Below, piece by piece: positions 27,826 through 37,959 of a DNA stretch of 64,000 nt (within the stretch, counting starts at the first letter, position 1; each line of letters starts with the position of its first letter). The notes under the pieces were generated by a model that did not search any database, had not been told where the DNA came from, and saw nothing but the letters and a program-made list of their open reading frames with translations. The position numbers and the translations under genes were made by a program. This DNA is from a virus: the IMG/VR virus record IMGVR_UViG_3300026488_000012, positions 64,001-128,000 of that record, one strand, 5' to 3'.

Positions 27826-30686
27826 TTAATTAACTTTAACTCATAATCCAGTTCTGGTACATATATACCAGTAAGTGTAGGTGCTAATTTCTTAGACACG
27901 GAGAACATATTACTAGTAGGAGTGTATTCATATATTTCTATCTCTCCTAAGTTATCTAAGTTTTCTACTTTAACGAACTGTATATTACTGTCGTTTAATC
28001 TGTTTAATATGTATTTATCCATATCTATTCTTTTATTAAATTTCCTAATAGCGTATTGCAAAGCTAGACCTGTTTTTCTTTTTAGTTCTTCTAACTTAAT
28101 ACTATCAGTTACATCGTCTATTACATAAAGTGTGACTGTTGGTTTTACTATAAAAGGAGTATGGAATGTTACGTTATTTTTAATAATTTCAACGTCCCTT
28201 AGATTATAAGTAGGTTTGTATAATATTTTAGTATTTTCCAGTAACATACTATTTAATTCTTCTAACTCGTTAAATATGTAGTTATCGAGTTCTAAGTATT
28301 TACTTATCATAAATGTTCTATAATCCTTATCTTTAGTCAATAAGAACTCTAATTCAAATGTTAAAATATCTATGTAGTGGTCGAATCCATACGTATAATC
28401 TATAATAGGTTTAGAGTTATCGTCTAAGATAACTTCTCCTTTTTTATGTATTAGTATAGGGTTCCCTTCTTCATCAAGAACAAGGTCTCCTTTCTTATGT
28501 AGTATTTTTACTATTTCAGTATCCTCGATTCCATCTCCATTGGTATCTATTTTTTCAAATATGTAATTACCATCTTCATCCGTAGCTAACACGTCTTCTT
28601 TATACGTAAGGTATACGTCATTCTCATATTTTTTATATATTCTAAGGTTAGGGGATACTCTATAGTTTGTAAATAAATATTTAGCTCTTTTGAATAACTC
28701 TAAAGATAAATTACTTACAGCGATAACATTTGCTACTTCTGAATCAAACTGTTCTATCTCTCTGGTATAAGTGTTATTTATTTTACCTAAGACTGTAGGG
28801 TCTGTTACATATATGTAAAGCTTTGCATTTTTTATCACATTACCTATTCTAACATGGTCTAAAACAGATATGAAATCCATTAGTTCAACAGTATCATCCT
28901 GACCTATATAATCAGAAACATTGAATCTAAACGTTATTTCTTCATCTCCTATCTCACCTTTAATAGCTATCTTAGACATACTATTATTAGGTTTAAATAC
29001 CAACATAGCCTTCCTAAAATTATTAGGAATATTTCTAAAACTATCATCTGCGTTATATCTTAATTTAAGTACATAATCCTTACCGTTTCTAAGTACCGTA
29101 GTGTTTACTAACTCTAATACAAAATTACTATTAGCATTATAGTATTCAGATTTACTATAAATAACTTTAGGAGTATTTACTTCGTATACCCTTATAAATA
29201 CTCCATCTTTAAAATCGAATATGTACTTAAACGTGTTATAGAAATATTTCTCTTTTCTAAGTACCTCCGATAAATCACCTTCTGTTAGTGTTTTTAGTTT
29301 ATCAACATCCGTTTGTGATACCAGTTTAAATTTATAACCATCTTTCTTAAAGAACGTCATAGGTCTTATTATACCTATCCCATTGTCTATAGTAACGCTG
29401 TTAGGTAAATTAGCTATTTCTTCATGTGTTATTTCTAAAGTATCCATAAATACATCTGGATTACTATACAGATATGACTGGTCCTCTATGAATACTAATT
29501 TCTTCTTAACTACGTACTCTCTCTTAAGTATCGTGTCTATGGTGTTATCAAGTTCGTATCCATATCTACTTAACTTCTCTTCTATATCGTATGTCGTTAT
29601 AGGTAACTTGTTATCTCCTGTAGTATTATAAATAACTAACTTTCTAAGATCTTCTAAATCTAACATATTTCTACCACCTGAAGTGTAACTGGATGATAAT
29701 ATTATAGGTGTGAATGAAGTTATAGCAGGTGTTTTACCAGTTATCTGTGTAGGTAATGAAAAATCCATCGTGAAATCGTCTTTAATGTAGTTATCAAAGT
29801 TTAATATAACTTCTCCTTTAGTGGTATAGATATAATTACTAATATTAGTAATGTTAAAGTTCTTAGTATATGTATCATATAGCGTAGTTTTTAGTGTTTT
29901 TTCATCTTTTAGAGAACATCTTAGTACTGGATTTTTTATATCGTATACGAAATCAGAGAAAGTTATACAGGTATCTATCTCACCTACTTCTGTGGTTAAT
30001 TTACTAAATATCGTATGGAACTGATCATTAAGTTCATATGTTTTATTAAATCCTTGAACGGGTATTATAGATTGTTTATCGTATATCATATCTAATTGTT
30101 TTAATTCTACATCGAATAGAATCCATCCGTTACCATCATTGTCTGTAACTATATGACTTTTAAGTATTCTATTACCAGGTAGCGATATACTAAGTTTATT
30201 TGGCATTAGTATAACTACTGATTTATTCGTACTTTCGAAGTATCTTATTATTACGTCGTTTAGGAACATAAAGCTATAGTAGTTTTTTACTATTATTCTT
30301 GTATACATAGGAATGGTGATTTCGTAATATTGTTCTTTTTTTATACCGAATTGTTTAATCTGGTCTATCGATATGTATATATGGAACGTTGTAATACTTG
30401 GATATGCGAATACATTATCGTATTCCCTGTTTATCATATGGTGGTATAAGTCCTCTCTAGTCGTTGCTAATGATGGATATAACTTTCTTAAGTTTATTAC
30501 CATCTGTTCTAAAAGCGTGCTACCTACGGTAGCGTTACTTTCTATTAGAAACATAAACGGATTGGTTGGGTCTGGTATATCATTACCATCCATTAAAGTT
30601 TCCATATATTTGTATAAGTCTATCTGAACCATATTAGGGTCATATGCATACTTTATTAATTCGTTTTTAATATCTAAAAATCCCAT
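27819..30686 (-). CDS. Virion baseplate protein (phiKZ gp87-like)
   Basis: 955 aa; DIPDPTNPFMFLIES, LYPSLA---EDLYHHM, GGRNMLDLEDLR---I, HKKGD/E-V-D repeats recalled from this family. Confidence 0.75.
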   Translation of the reverse strand: MGFLDIKNELIKYAYDPNMVQIDLYKYMETLMDGNDIPDPTNPFMFLIESNATVGSTLLEQMVINLRKLYPSLATTREDLYHHMINREYDNVFAYPSITTFHIYISIDQIKQFGIKKEQYYEITIPMYTRIIVKNYYSFMFLNDVIIRYFESTNKSVVILMPNKLSISLPGNRILKSHIVTDNDGNGWILFDVELKQLDMIYDKQSIIPVQGFNKTYELNDQFHTIFSKLTTEVGEIDTCITFSDFVYDIKNPVLRCSLKDEKTLKTTLYDTYTKNFNITNISNYIYTTKGEVILNFDNYIKDDFTMDFSLPTQITGKTPAITSFTPIILSSSYTSGGRNMLDLEDLRKLVIYNTTGDNKLPITTYDIEEKLSRYGYELDNTIDTILKREYVVKKKLVFIEDQSYLYSNPDVFMDTLEITHEEIANLPNSVTIDNGIGIIRPMTFFKKDGYKFKLVSQTDVDKLKTLTEGDLSEVLRKEKYFYNTFKYIFDFKDGVFIRVYEVNTPKVIYSKSEYYNANSNFVLELVNTTVLRNGKDYVLKLRYNADDSFRNIPNNFRKAMLVFKPNNSMSKIAIKGEIGDEEITFRFNVSDYIGQDDTVELMDFISVLDHVRIGNVIKNAKLYIYVTDPTVLGKINNTYTREIEQFDSEVANVIAVSNLSLELFKRAKYLFTNYRVSPNLRIYKKYENDVYLTYKEDVLATDEDGNYIFEKIDTNGDGIEDTEIVKILHKKGDLVLDEEGNPILIHKKGEVILDDNSKPIIDYTYGFDHYIDILTFELEFLLTKDKDYRTFMISKYLELDNYIFNELEELNSMLLENTKILYKPTYNLRDVEIIKNNVTFHTPFIVKPTVTLYVIDDVTDSIKLEELKRKTGLALQYAIRKFNKRIDMDKYILNRLNDSNIQFVKVENLDNLGEIEIYEYTPTSNMFSVSKKLAPTLTGIYVPELDYELKLIKV

Positions 30687-30697
30687 TTAAAACTCCT

Positions 30698-31786
30698 TTA
30701 ATTATTGTTACCATTTGTTAACTTCTCAGTTGCTAAAGAGTATGATTGACTGTCTTTAGGAACTAACCATTTAAATTCAAGTGTATCGGGGTCTATATAC
30801 GGGTAACACCTATAGTTTAAATAATTTTTGAGTAAATCATCTACTTCATACATAGAGTTCTTATCTCCTTTTATGTAATAGTCTTCGTAGTAAGGATTAA
30901 AGTATGTCTGGACTAAATTAAACTCATGGATAAGCCTAGGATCGTTATATTGTCCTCCAACGCAAACGAATTTGATATCCAGTGTTTTATTACTTTCTTT
31001 CATTATTTCGTTTCTATCGTATTCGAAATATTTACCGAGATTCATAGCTGTAGGGAACGCAGCTCCCGGTGCGAATATCATACTTACATATTTCCCTGTT
31101 TTATCTAATAGGATTATATAAAATCTCGTATTGTAGTCTAATTCATTTTCAGATATAAAATCCACATATGGAACTAACTCCCCTTCAAATACCTTACTCT
31201 CATACATAGTCCACATTTGGAATAGTAACGGTAATACCCCTGTTTTAATATTGGAAAAGGTAGCAGTAACTTCGTAAACATCATTTACTTCATAAGTACC
31301 ATCAACCATAGCATACTGTTCCCTACGTAACCCAGCTTCAGTTGTCATATGTGGTACAGCTACGTCTGGTATACCTGATAATGTTAATAATGTGTTGGTT
31401 AGAACAGGTATAAATGCTTGATATTTATCAGACAACGGACAATTAACTACTTCGTTAGTTATTAGAATACTTCCTTCTTTACTCTTAACAAATGGTCCAT
31501 ATAAATCCCATTGTAATCTCGGGTCTAACATAGTTCTAACATATGCTTCTTTACTTACAAGGTTTTTAGTTAGTAATGGATAGAACTCTCTGACATTTAG
31601 TAAATTAGGAGTAGTAAGATTTAACTGTGGTCTTGTAAAGAATACATAACCTTTTCTATATCGTTCCATAGGTATAATAGGTGTAGAATGTGTCATATTT
31701 ATGCCGTATAAGAAGTTACTGATACCCCTATCGAGTCCTCCTATATACGTATTGTCTAAAACATCGTTAAAGTTTTTTAAAACCAT
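30698..31786 (-). CDS. Virion baseplate / tube-like protein (phiKZ gp88-like)
   Basis: 362 aa; GYVFFTRPQLNL, LTNTLLTLSGIPD, DYNTRFY; paired with gp87-like gene. Confidence 0.75.
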   Translation of the reverse strand: MVLKNFNDVLDNTYIGGLDRGISNFLYGINMTHSTPIIPMERYRKGYVFFTRPQLNLTTPNLLNVREFYPLLTKNLVSKEAYVRTMLDPRLQWDLYGPFVKSKEGSILITNEVVNCPLSDKYQAFIPVLTNTLLTLSGIPDVAVPHMTTEAGLRREQYAMVDGTYEVNDVYEVTATFSNIKTGVLPLLFQMWTMYESKVFEGELVPYVDFISENELDYNTRFYIILLDKTGKYVSMIFAPGAAFPTAMNLGKYFEYDRNEIMKESNKTLDIKFVCVGGQYNDPRLIHEFNLVQTYFNPYYEDYYIKGDKNSMYEVDDLLKNYLNYRCYPYIDPDTLEFKWLVPKDSQSYSLATEKLTNGNNN

Positions 31787-31919
31787 AAAATCTCCTTATT
31801 TATTATAATATCTCCATTTACTTCATCCCAAGGTAACATATACAATATATAACGACCCCTCAAATGTTATGATTAGACGCCTGATAACTAGTAAATTTAC
31901 TTAAAAATAAGGAGAAAAT

Positions 31920-33191
31920 ATGGCTAAATACGAAGTACATGGTAACATAAGCTATGGCTTATGTAGTGGATTTGTTTCAGTAGCAGCTGCTACAAGTATA
32001 TTCAGAGCGATAACTGATCTATTTGAAAATACTAAAGATTTTGCTAATGACCCTAGTCTATTAGTAAAGAAATATCCAGATTTAATATTTAGCGGAAGAA
32101 TAACTAAGGTTGTATCAGATAGAATAATAAGACCTGTTATAGTTATATCCGATAAGTTAAAATATATGGATAAAAAGGACCTTACTAATATAATTAAGTT
32201 TAATATAAATATGTATGGAGCGTATCTATTACAGGCTATAAAAATATTAGCCAACATCTACAATGTCGACGTATCTATGTTATCCAGAGTAATGACTAAT
32301 AGAAGTATGTTTAAGACTATATACAAAATTACTAAGGATATGAATCCGGGTACTGAGAGTAATGAAGATAATCTAACATCTATTATACTTAAAGAATATG
32401 GTAACAAACTTACAGCTGGTATTTTAGATAACGATGAAGATGAGATAGATGAAGTAGAAGAGGATAGAGATGAGAAACCTTCTAGTAGGACTAAAACATC
32501 CAGTAAAGTTGATTTTAAGACGGTAGACCCAAAATCACTAGGAACACCAGAAGAACTATTTAAAGTAATAGAACTTGATTTAGTTGTTAAGAAAGATGTA
32601 GATGGCGATAAGTCAGAGATTAAAGTTAGTTTACCGTTTATCATAGCTCCTATTATAGTCTATACTGATTCTGAAACATTCCTTAGAAACGTTTTAGGTA
32701 ATGAAAGTAAAGAATCTTTTTCATATAGATGGTTACAGTATAAATCAGGAGAAATTAATCTATCTGATTTAATATTTGCATCCGACCTAATTAGAGAGTA
32801 TAAAGAAAATAAAATAAGGAATAAAAACGACGTAGCTAAACTTATACAGGATAACTTATATTCAGAAAGTATGCATAGTGTTATAACAAGAGAGGGTAGT
32901 TTTGCTACTTATAATCAAATCTATATCTTTGATAGGTCAGATCAATACCTAGTAGAGGAGCTGATACAAGATAATTTATTAGACCCTGAAGTATGGCAAG
33001 ATTTAGCTTTATCTTTAAAAGCATTTAGTATCAACTTCGTAGACAACGACGAAGAAGCGTTATTGAATTATATAACTGATATGCCTACTTATAACGTATT
33101 AACCTTTAGACAGATTAAAAAAGATACTAATAAAAACGATGACTTAATAGAGCTTATGAAAGCTATGTTAGTTAATAAAAATCCATTTTAA
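31920..33191 (+). CDS. Virion head/inner-body protein (phiKZ gp89-like)
   Basis: 423 aa; FSYRWLQYKSGEINLSDLIFASDLI motif; acidic G-T-E/S-N-E possible cleavage sites; synteny. Confidence 0.7.
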   Translation: MAKYEVHGNISYGLCSGFVSVAAATSIFRAITDLFENTKDFANDPSLLVKKYPDLIFSGRITKVVSDRIIRPVIVISDKLKYMDKKDLTNIIKFNINMYGAYLLQAIKILANIYNVDVSMLSRVMTNRSMFKTIYKITKDMNPGTESNEDNLTSIILKEYGNKLTAGILDNDEDEIDEVEEDRDEKPSSRTKTSSKVDFKTVDPKSLGTPEELFKVIELDLVVKKDVDGDKSEIKVSLPFIIAPIIVYTDSETFLRNVLGNESKESFSYRWLQYKSGEINLSDLIFASDLIREYKENKIRNKNDVAKLIQDNLYSESMHSVITREGSFATYNQIYIFDRSDQYLVEELIQDNLLDPEVWQDLALSLKAFSINFVDNDEEALLNYITDMPTYNVLTFRQIKKDTNKNDDLIELMKAMLVNKNPF

Positions 33192-33207
33192 TAGAAAGGA
33201 ATAAACG

Positions 33208-34221
33208 ATGGCTACTTTTAGAAAATATAGACGTCCAAGTAGAAGTTACAATAAAAAAACAGTTTTTAAAGTTCTAAGCAAGGACCAGATAGAGTATATG
33301 TTAAACCTGTTAAAAATGGAAGGACCTATTTATCTTAAAACTATAGAAGAACTTAAAGATATAGCTAAGAAACATAATCTAACCATCTTAGCTGGTATGG
33401 GTGTTAGAAAAAAATTTAAGAATGATTACGAGGTATTAGACTTTTTAGAAGAACTTGTTAAGATATTTATAAAATATAGCGATGATATAAAATCCAAGAT
33501 AGATGAAGAGTTACCTGAGACTATAAATCTTTACTCAGATAACCTTAACATTTCTACAGCTGTGTATCTTCTAACTATTATAAGCGATATACTATACATG
33601 CCTAGGTTATTAGACACGATTATAAGTATGTATGATAACGCTTTAAATAAAAAAGTTACTCTTTTTAAAGTAAGGGATAAAGTATTCCTTAACAAGATAC
33701 TATTTAACTTAGAGGAACTATATATTAACGATATGTTAAACAGTAAAAACATAAGCGCTATTATTGATAGTATAGGTAACTATCCATCTACTAACGTATT
33801 AAGTAACTCTGTTCCACTTAAGATAAGGAATGAGATAATCTCAGGAATTCTTGGTAGTAACAAATTAGGTAAAATCTTATCTACTATACTATCAAGCTTT
33901 AAAGTAGCTTCCAGTGATAAATATACTCTACATTACGATAGTTTAACAAGAAATAAAAACCTTAAAGCAGGGTTTGCTGGTAATCCTATTTATTACATTA
34001 GGAAAATTATAGCTGATTTAGAAATTAACAGATATGAAAAAAGAAAACTGGAAAAGAAAAAACTTGAATTACAGTTACAGTATATAAAAGAGAAAGCTTC
34101 TAAAGAAATGGACCCTAAAAAAGCTGAAATTTATAAAAAGCAAATAGAAATATTAGAAGATAAGATTGAAAAGTTAGAAGCTAAACAACGTATGTTCGAA
34201 GATAAGTTATCTAGAAAATAG
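33208..34221 (+). CDS. Virion head protein (phiKZ gp90-like)
   Basis: 337 aa; GFAGNPIYYIRK then C-terminal coiled coil; synteny. Confidence 0.7.
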   Translation: MATFRKYRRPSRSYNKKTVFKVLSKDQIEYMLNLLKMEGPIYLKTIEELKDIAKKHNLTILAGMGVRKKFKNDYEVLDFLEELVKIFIKYSDDIKSKIDEELPETINLYSDNLNISTAVYLLTIISDILYMPRLLDTIISMYDNALNKKVTLFKVRDKVFLNKILFNLEELYINDMLNSKNISAIIDSIGNYPSTNVLSNSVPLKIRNEIISGILGSNKLGKILSTILSSFKVASSDKYTLHYDSLTRNKNLKAGFAGNPIYYIRKIIADLEINRYEKRKLEKKKLELQLQYIKEKASKEMDPKKAEIYKKQIEILEDKIEKLEAKQRMFEDKLSRK

Positions 34222-34232
34222 AAAAAAAGGAG

Positions 34233-36581
34233 ATGATGATGAAATTTTTAGATATGGACGCTACAGTAGATGACGCTACTGTAGCGTCTTCTTATAACGA
34301 AGAAGACTATATAATTAAAGACGTAGGTGAAGCCCTTGTTTTACTTAAAGCGGTAGATGATGTTCAAACAGGATTAGAAGAGATAGATGCAACTGAGAAT
34401 GCATTAGGTAAATCGATGGAAGCGTTAGCTTTAGCTACTGAGCTATGGATGGAGTATTCATCGATAAGTCCTGGTTTGGAAGATAGTTATGCTATAGAAG
34501 ATAAAACTAATAAGCTATTCCAACTTACTGACGAGTTAAATATAGAATTACCTCCATCTGCGGGTATGTTAGACAGCGATAAGGATGACGAAAGTAACAC
34601 TAACATCATCTTTAAAATATTAAAGGGTATATGGGATTTTGTAATTAGGATAGTTAGAGGATTTATAAGTCTTATACGTAGAATAATTAGAGGATTTATA
34701 ACTATAGTTAAAAAGATATTCGGTATAAATGACGTCTATGAAAAAGCAGAGAAAAAGAAAGAAGAAGATTTATCCAGACTTGCTGGTGGAGGAGGAGGTT
34801 TCTCCATAGGAGGCGTATCTAGATCAGGAGGTAGTTCTAGTAGCGAAAAAGCTGAGAAGGTAGTAGAAGAAAATAAAACAAAAACAGAAGAAGCTAAGAA
34901 GATATCTGAAAGCGTAGATAAAGCAACCGAGACTAAAAAACCAGAAGAAGCAGATGTGACTAAAACAGGTGTAAAGTCTATAGACGAAGCTATAGAGGAA
35001 TTAGAGAAAATGCCACAAGAGTTTAAAGACGATATATTAGAAGCAGCTAACGACATAGTTAGAAGAACTAAAAAATTAATCTATGAACACTTCAGAGCTA
35101 CATATAGCGGTACCAAGTATAGCATAAAACATATACAGACTTCTTTAGCATTTCCATACATACATGCTTGTTATCTAGCCGCTACTATTAACACATATGT
35201 AGATGTTATAGAATCTCATAAATACGTTAACGGTAGGACAACACTAAACGACTTTATTTCCAGTATAAACGGTAGATTAGCAGAAATAGAAAAAGTACTA
35301 GATGAAAAAAGGATACGTTCTTTTATAACTAACGATGAGTACAGTAACATATATGAGCTTATAGATACGTTAAATAAAGTATTAGGTTATACAGATACTC
35401 GTGAGTTTGCTAATGGTAGAACTATAAGAGGTGAGTTATCTGTTTTAGACTTACTATTTATTCTTATGGGATTCTTGGAAGAAGAGGCTGGTTACATAAT
35501 GGATAACAAATTCACAGAAGTTGTAAGTCCTATTAATGAAGCATTTAGAGGAAGTTTAACTCCTTTAATTAAATTTGAACATACAGCTGGTGATAGTTTA
35601 AAGAATTTAGAAAAAGAGATATTTAACAAGATAGGGTTTAAACTTGTGGATAATAAATACTACGTAGGTAAGATGGGAGATGTTAGACGTTATCTATCAG
35701 GTTCTTTTGAAAAGATAAAAGATAACGAAGAAATAAAGATAGATGTTCTGTCTATAAACGGTAATATACTACATATATTCGTAATTCCTAAAGAGGTTAA
35801 TCTTACGATAGATTACGAACCAGAGTTTATGAAAATGAGGATAAGCTTTAGTACCTTAATGAAGGAACGAAAAGGTGATTTAAAACTAATTAAAAAAGAT
35901 TTAAGAGAGTATATAAGATATATAAAAGACGTTAATGATTATTTACAAAGTTTCTTTGCTACTGTACGTGTAGGCAACTTTGTCATAACGGAAGATTTAT
36001 TCGATTATGATAGTATAACGTTACCAGGGTACGAAAATCCAAGAACTTATGAAGACATTAAAAGTATATTTGGTTATTTACAAAAGGTAAGTTTTCCTAG
36101 AATAAGAGACGAATTAGGGCTAGGAAAAGTACCTATAAATATGGTAGAGGATATGTTGGAAAACAGTATTTTAGCTAATTTAGACAAGTTAGAGAAGACA
36201 GTTGAAAGACTTGATAAATTAATAAAACGTTCTATTAAGTATACGTATAAATTAAACGTTAGAAAAAGTAAAGAGGAATATAAGAAAAATCCTATTTATG
36301 TAGATGGTAAGCCTATGTCTTATAACGAATATCTGGAATGGAAGAGATCAATTATAAATGAATTAACAGGTCTATATGTTAATGTCTCCGTTAGTATAAA
36401 ACAGGTTATATCTTCAGTACTAACTAAGTTTATTAAAAACATAGTTATGATGGCTGTTACTGATTTAAGAGTGATATTAGATAACCCTAATTTAATAAAG
36501 GCATACTACATAGACTTAGATGCAGAGAAAGCGTTTTTAGACAAATATTATAAATACTTAGAGGAAAGGGAGAAAGTATGA
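34233..36581 (+). CDS. Internal head (inner-body) protein, paralog family member 1
   Basis: 782 aa; acidic N-terminal propeptide with SPGLE/YAIE sites, amphipathic KILKGIWDFVIRIVRGF helix. Confidence 0.7.
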   Translation: MMMKFLDMDATVDDATVASSYNEEDYIIKDVGEALVLLKAVDDVQTGLEEIDATENALGKSMEALALATELWMEYSSISPGLEDSYAIEDKTNKLFQLTDELNIELPPSAGMLDSDKDDESNTNIIFKILKGIWDFVIRIVRGFISLIRRIIRGFITIVKKIFGINDVYEKAEKKKEEDLSRLAGGGGGFSIGGVSRSGGSSSSEKAEKVVEENKTKTEEAKKISESVDKATETKKPEEADVTKTGVKSIDEAIEELEKMPQEFKDDILEAANDIVRRTKKLIYEHFRATYSGTKYSIKHIQTSLAFPYIHACYLAATINTYVDVIESHKYVNGRTTLNDFISSINGRLAEIEKVLDEKRIRSFITNDEYSNIYELIDTLNKVLGYTDTREFANGRTIRGELSVLDLLFILMGFLEEEAGYIMDNKFTEVVSPINEAFRGSLTPLIKFEHTAGDSLKNLEKEIFNKIGFKLVDNKYYVGKMGDVRRYLSGSFEKIKDNEEIKIDVLSINGNILHIFVIPKEVNLTIDYEPEFMKMRISFSTLMKERKGDLKLIKKDLREYIRYIKDVNDYLQSFFATVRVGNFVITEDLFDYDSITLPGYENPRTYEDIKSIFGYLQKVSFPRIRDELGLGKVPINMVEDMLENSILANLDKLEKTVERLDKLIKRSIKYTYKLNVRKSKEEYKKNPIYVDGKPMSYNEYLEWKRSIINELTGLYVNVSVSIKQVISSVLTKFIKNIVMMAVTDLRVILDNPNLIKAYYIDLDAEKAFLDKYYKYLEEREKV

Positions 36582-37894
36582 AATTCTTAGACTTAGACTC
36601 TCAGTATAGGGAGAGTGAAAGAATTGTTTTAAAAGAAGTAGAAACTGCAAAAGAGTTACTAAACGACTACCTTGAACATAGTCTAAGTGATATAGAACTT
36701 AAAAGGGAAATAAACTCAGGTATAGAGGAACTAGATTATTTATTAACGCTTATAAATAAAGAAGGAATAACAAGTCCTTCTGTTTTTGCTTATACTGGGA
36801 TTAATATATCATATGGTACTGAAGATGCCGATGCTATGGTTGAATCAGCTAAGAGAATAGCTAAAGGTATATTTAAGTTTATTTTAAAGATTTTAGATAG
36901 GATATTAACGTTTGTTTCCAGTTTCTTTAATAAAGGTATATCATTAACAGAGAAATTATATCTGGCAGCTATTATACGTTACAGAGATATATTAGGTAAA
37001 AAAATAGATGAAAAGAATGGAAACAAAAATCAACCTCTGGATTTAAAAGAATTTAAGTTTAAATCTATAGTTAAGTATAAGGACTTCTTTATACTAACCG
37101 CATTAAAGAACAACAATACTATAGACCCTACTATGACTATGGAATATGTTAGGTCCACTCTAACTCTTTTTACAGATAATGTTATTACGTTTGATAATAC
37201 AGTAGATAGTCTAAACAATATAGTCAAAGGTATGAAGAACGACACAGTTAACGATAATACTTTAGTAGGTTATCTTGTAGAAAAGAATAAATCGATTATA
37301 CACGCATTGAGTCCTTTAAAAACTATGTTTAATAGAAATGACCTACTTAAGAAAATAATAGAAGAGGGTATGAAAAATAGAAAAGATGGTTTTGAAGTAT
37401 TTGTTATACCGTTTCCATTAAAAGGTATAGAAAACGGAAGTGTTAAATATCTTAAGGTATCTATCGTTAAACCTGAAACTTTATCTAAAATGAAAGCAGA
37501 TGAAATCAAAGGTCTAGACGACTTATACATAACAAAAGAGGAAGCTCTCGAATTAAGTAAACTCGGTATTAACATAGATAAGGTAGAAAACATTAAGATA
37601 AAATCTATGTCTTACAATGAAATCGATAACGTAGTAACTGCGTTTCAGGAAGCTAGTGAGAAGATTAAGAAGAAACTAAATGGGGATAAGATAGTTAAGA
37701 AGATAGAGAAACTAAGAAAAGCTACTATAGCAGTAGAATCAGGTAACTTCGATAGTAAGACATCTGGGATTAAAGTACAATATTATAATGCTGTACTAAA
37801 AACAGCAGTAGCGTTATTAGAATCTAGTAAAGAAATATATAAAAGCGGATATTGTGAGTCTCTTAAAAACTACATTATGGCTCACGAATATTAA
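36578..37894 (+). CDS. Internal head (inner-body) protein, paralog family member 2
   Basis: 438 aa; MKFLDLD start, SYGTE site, KRIAKGIFKFILKILDRI helix. Confidence 0.7.
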   Translation: MKFLDLDSQYRESERIVLKEVETAKELLNDYLEHSLSDIELKREINSGIEELDYLLTLINKEGITSPSVFAYTGINISYGTEDADAMVESAKRIAKGIFKFILKILDRILTFVSSFFNKGISLTEKLYLAAIIRYRDILGKKIDEKNGNKNQPLDLKEFKFKSIVKYKDFFILTALKNNNTIDPTMTMEYVRSTLTLFTDNVITFDNTVDSLNNIVKGMKNDTVNDNTLVGYLVEKNKSIIHALSPLKTMFNRNDLLKKIIEEGMKNRKDGFEVFVIPFPLKGIENGSVKYLKVSIVKPETLSKMKADEIKGLDDLYITKEEALELSKLGINIDKVENIKIKSMSYNEIDNVVTAFQEASEKIKKKLNGDKIVKKIEKLRKATIAVESGNFDSKTSGIKVQYYNAVLKTAVALLESSKEIYKSGYCESLKNYIMAHEY

Positions 37895-37959
37895 AAAATT
37901 CTTTAATAGGAAAGTCGACATATTTTGATATTTTAAATCAAAAAAACAAGGAGAACAAA

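Noticed and set aside
34736-35056. Low-complexity Gly/Ser and K/E stretch as a tandem repeat or diversity-generating target
   Set aside because: Ordinary flexible linker; no template/variable repeat pair and no reverse transcriptase in the window.
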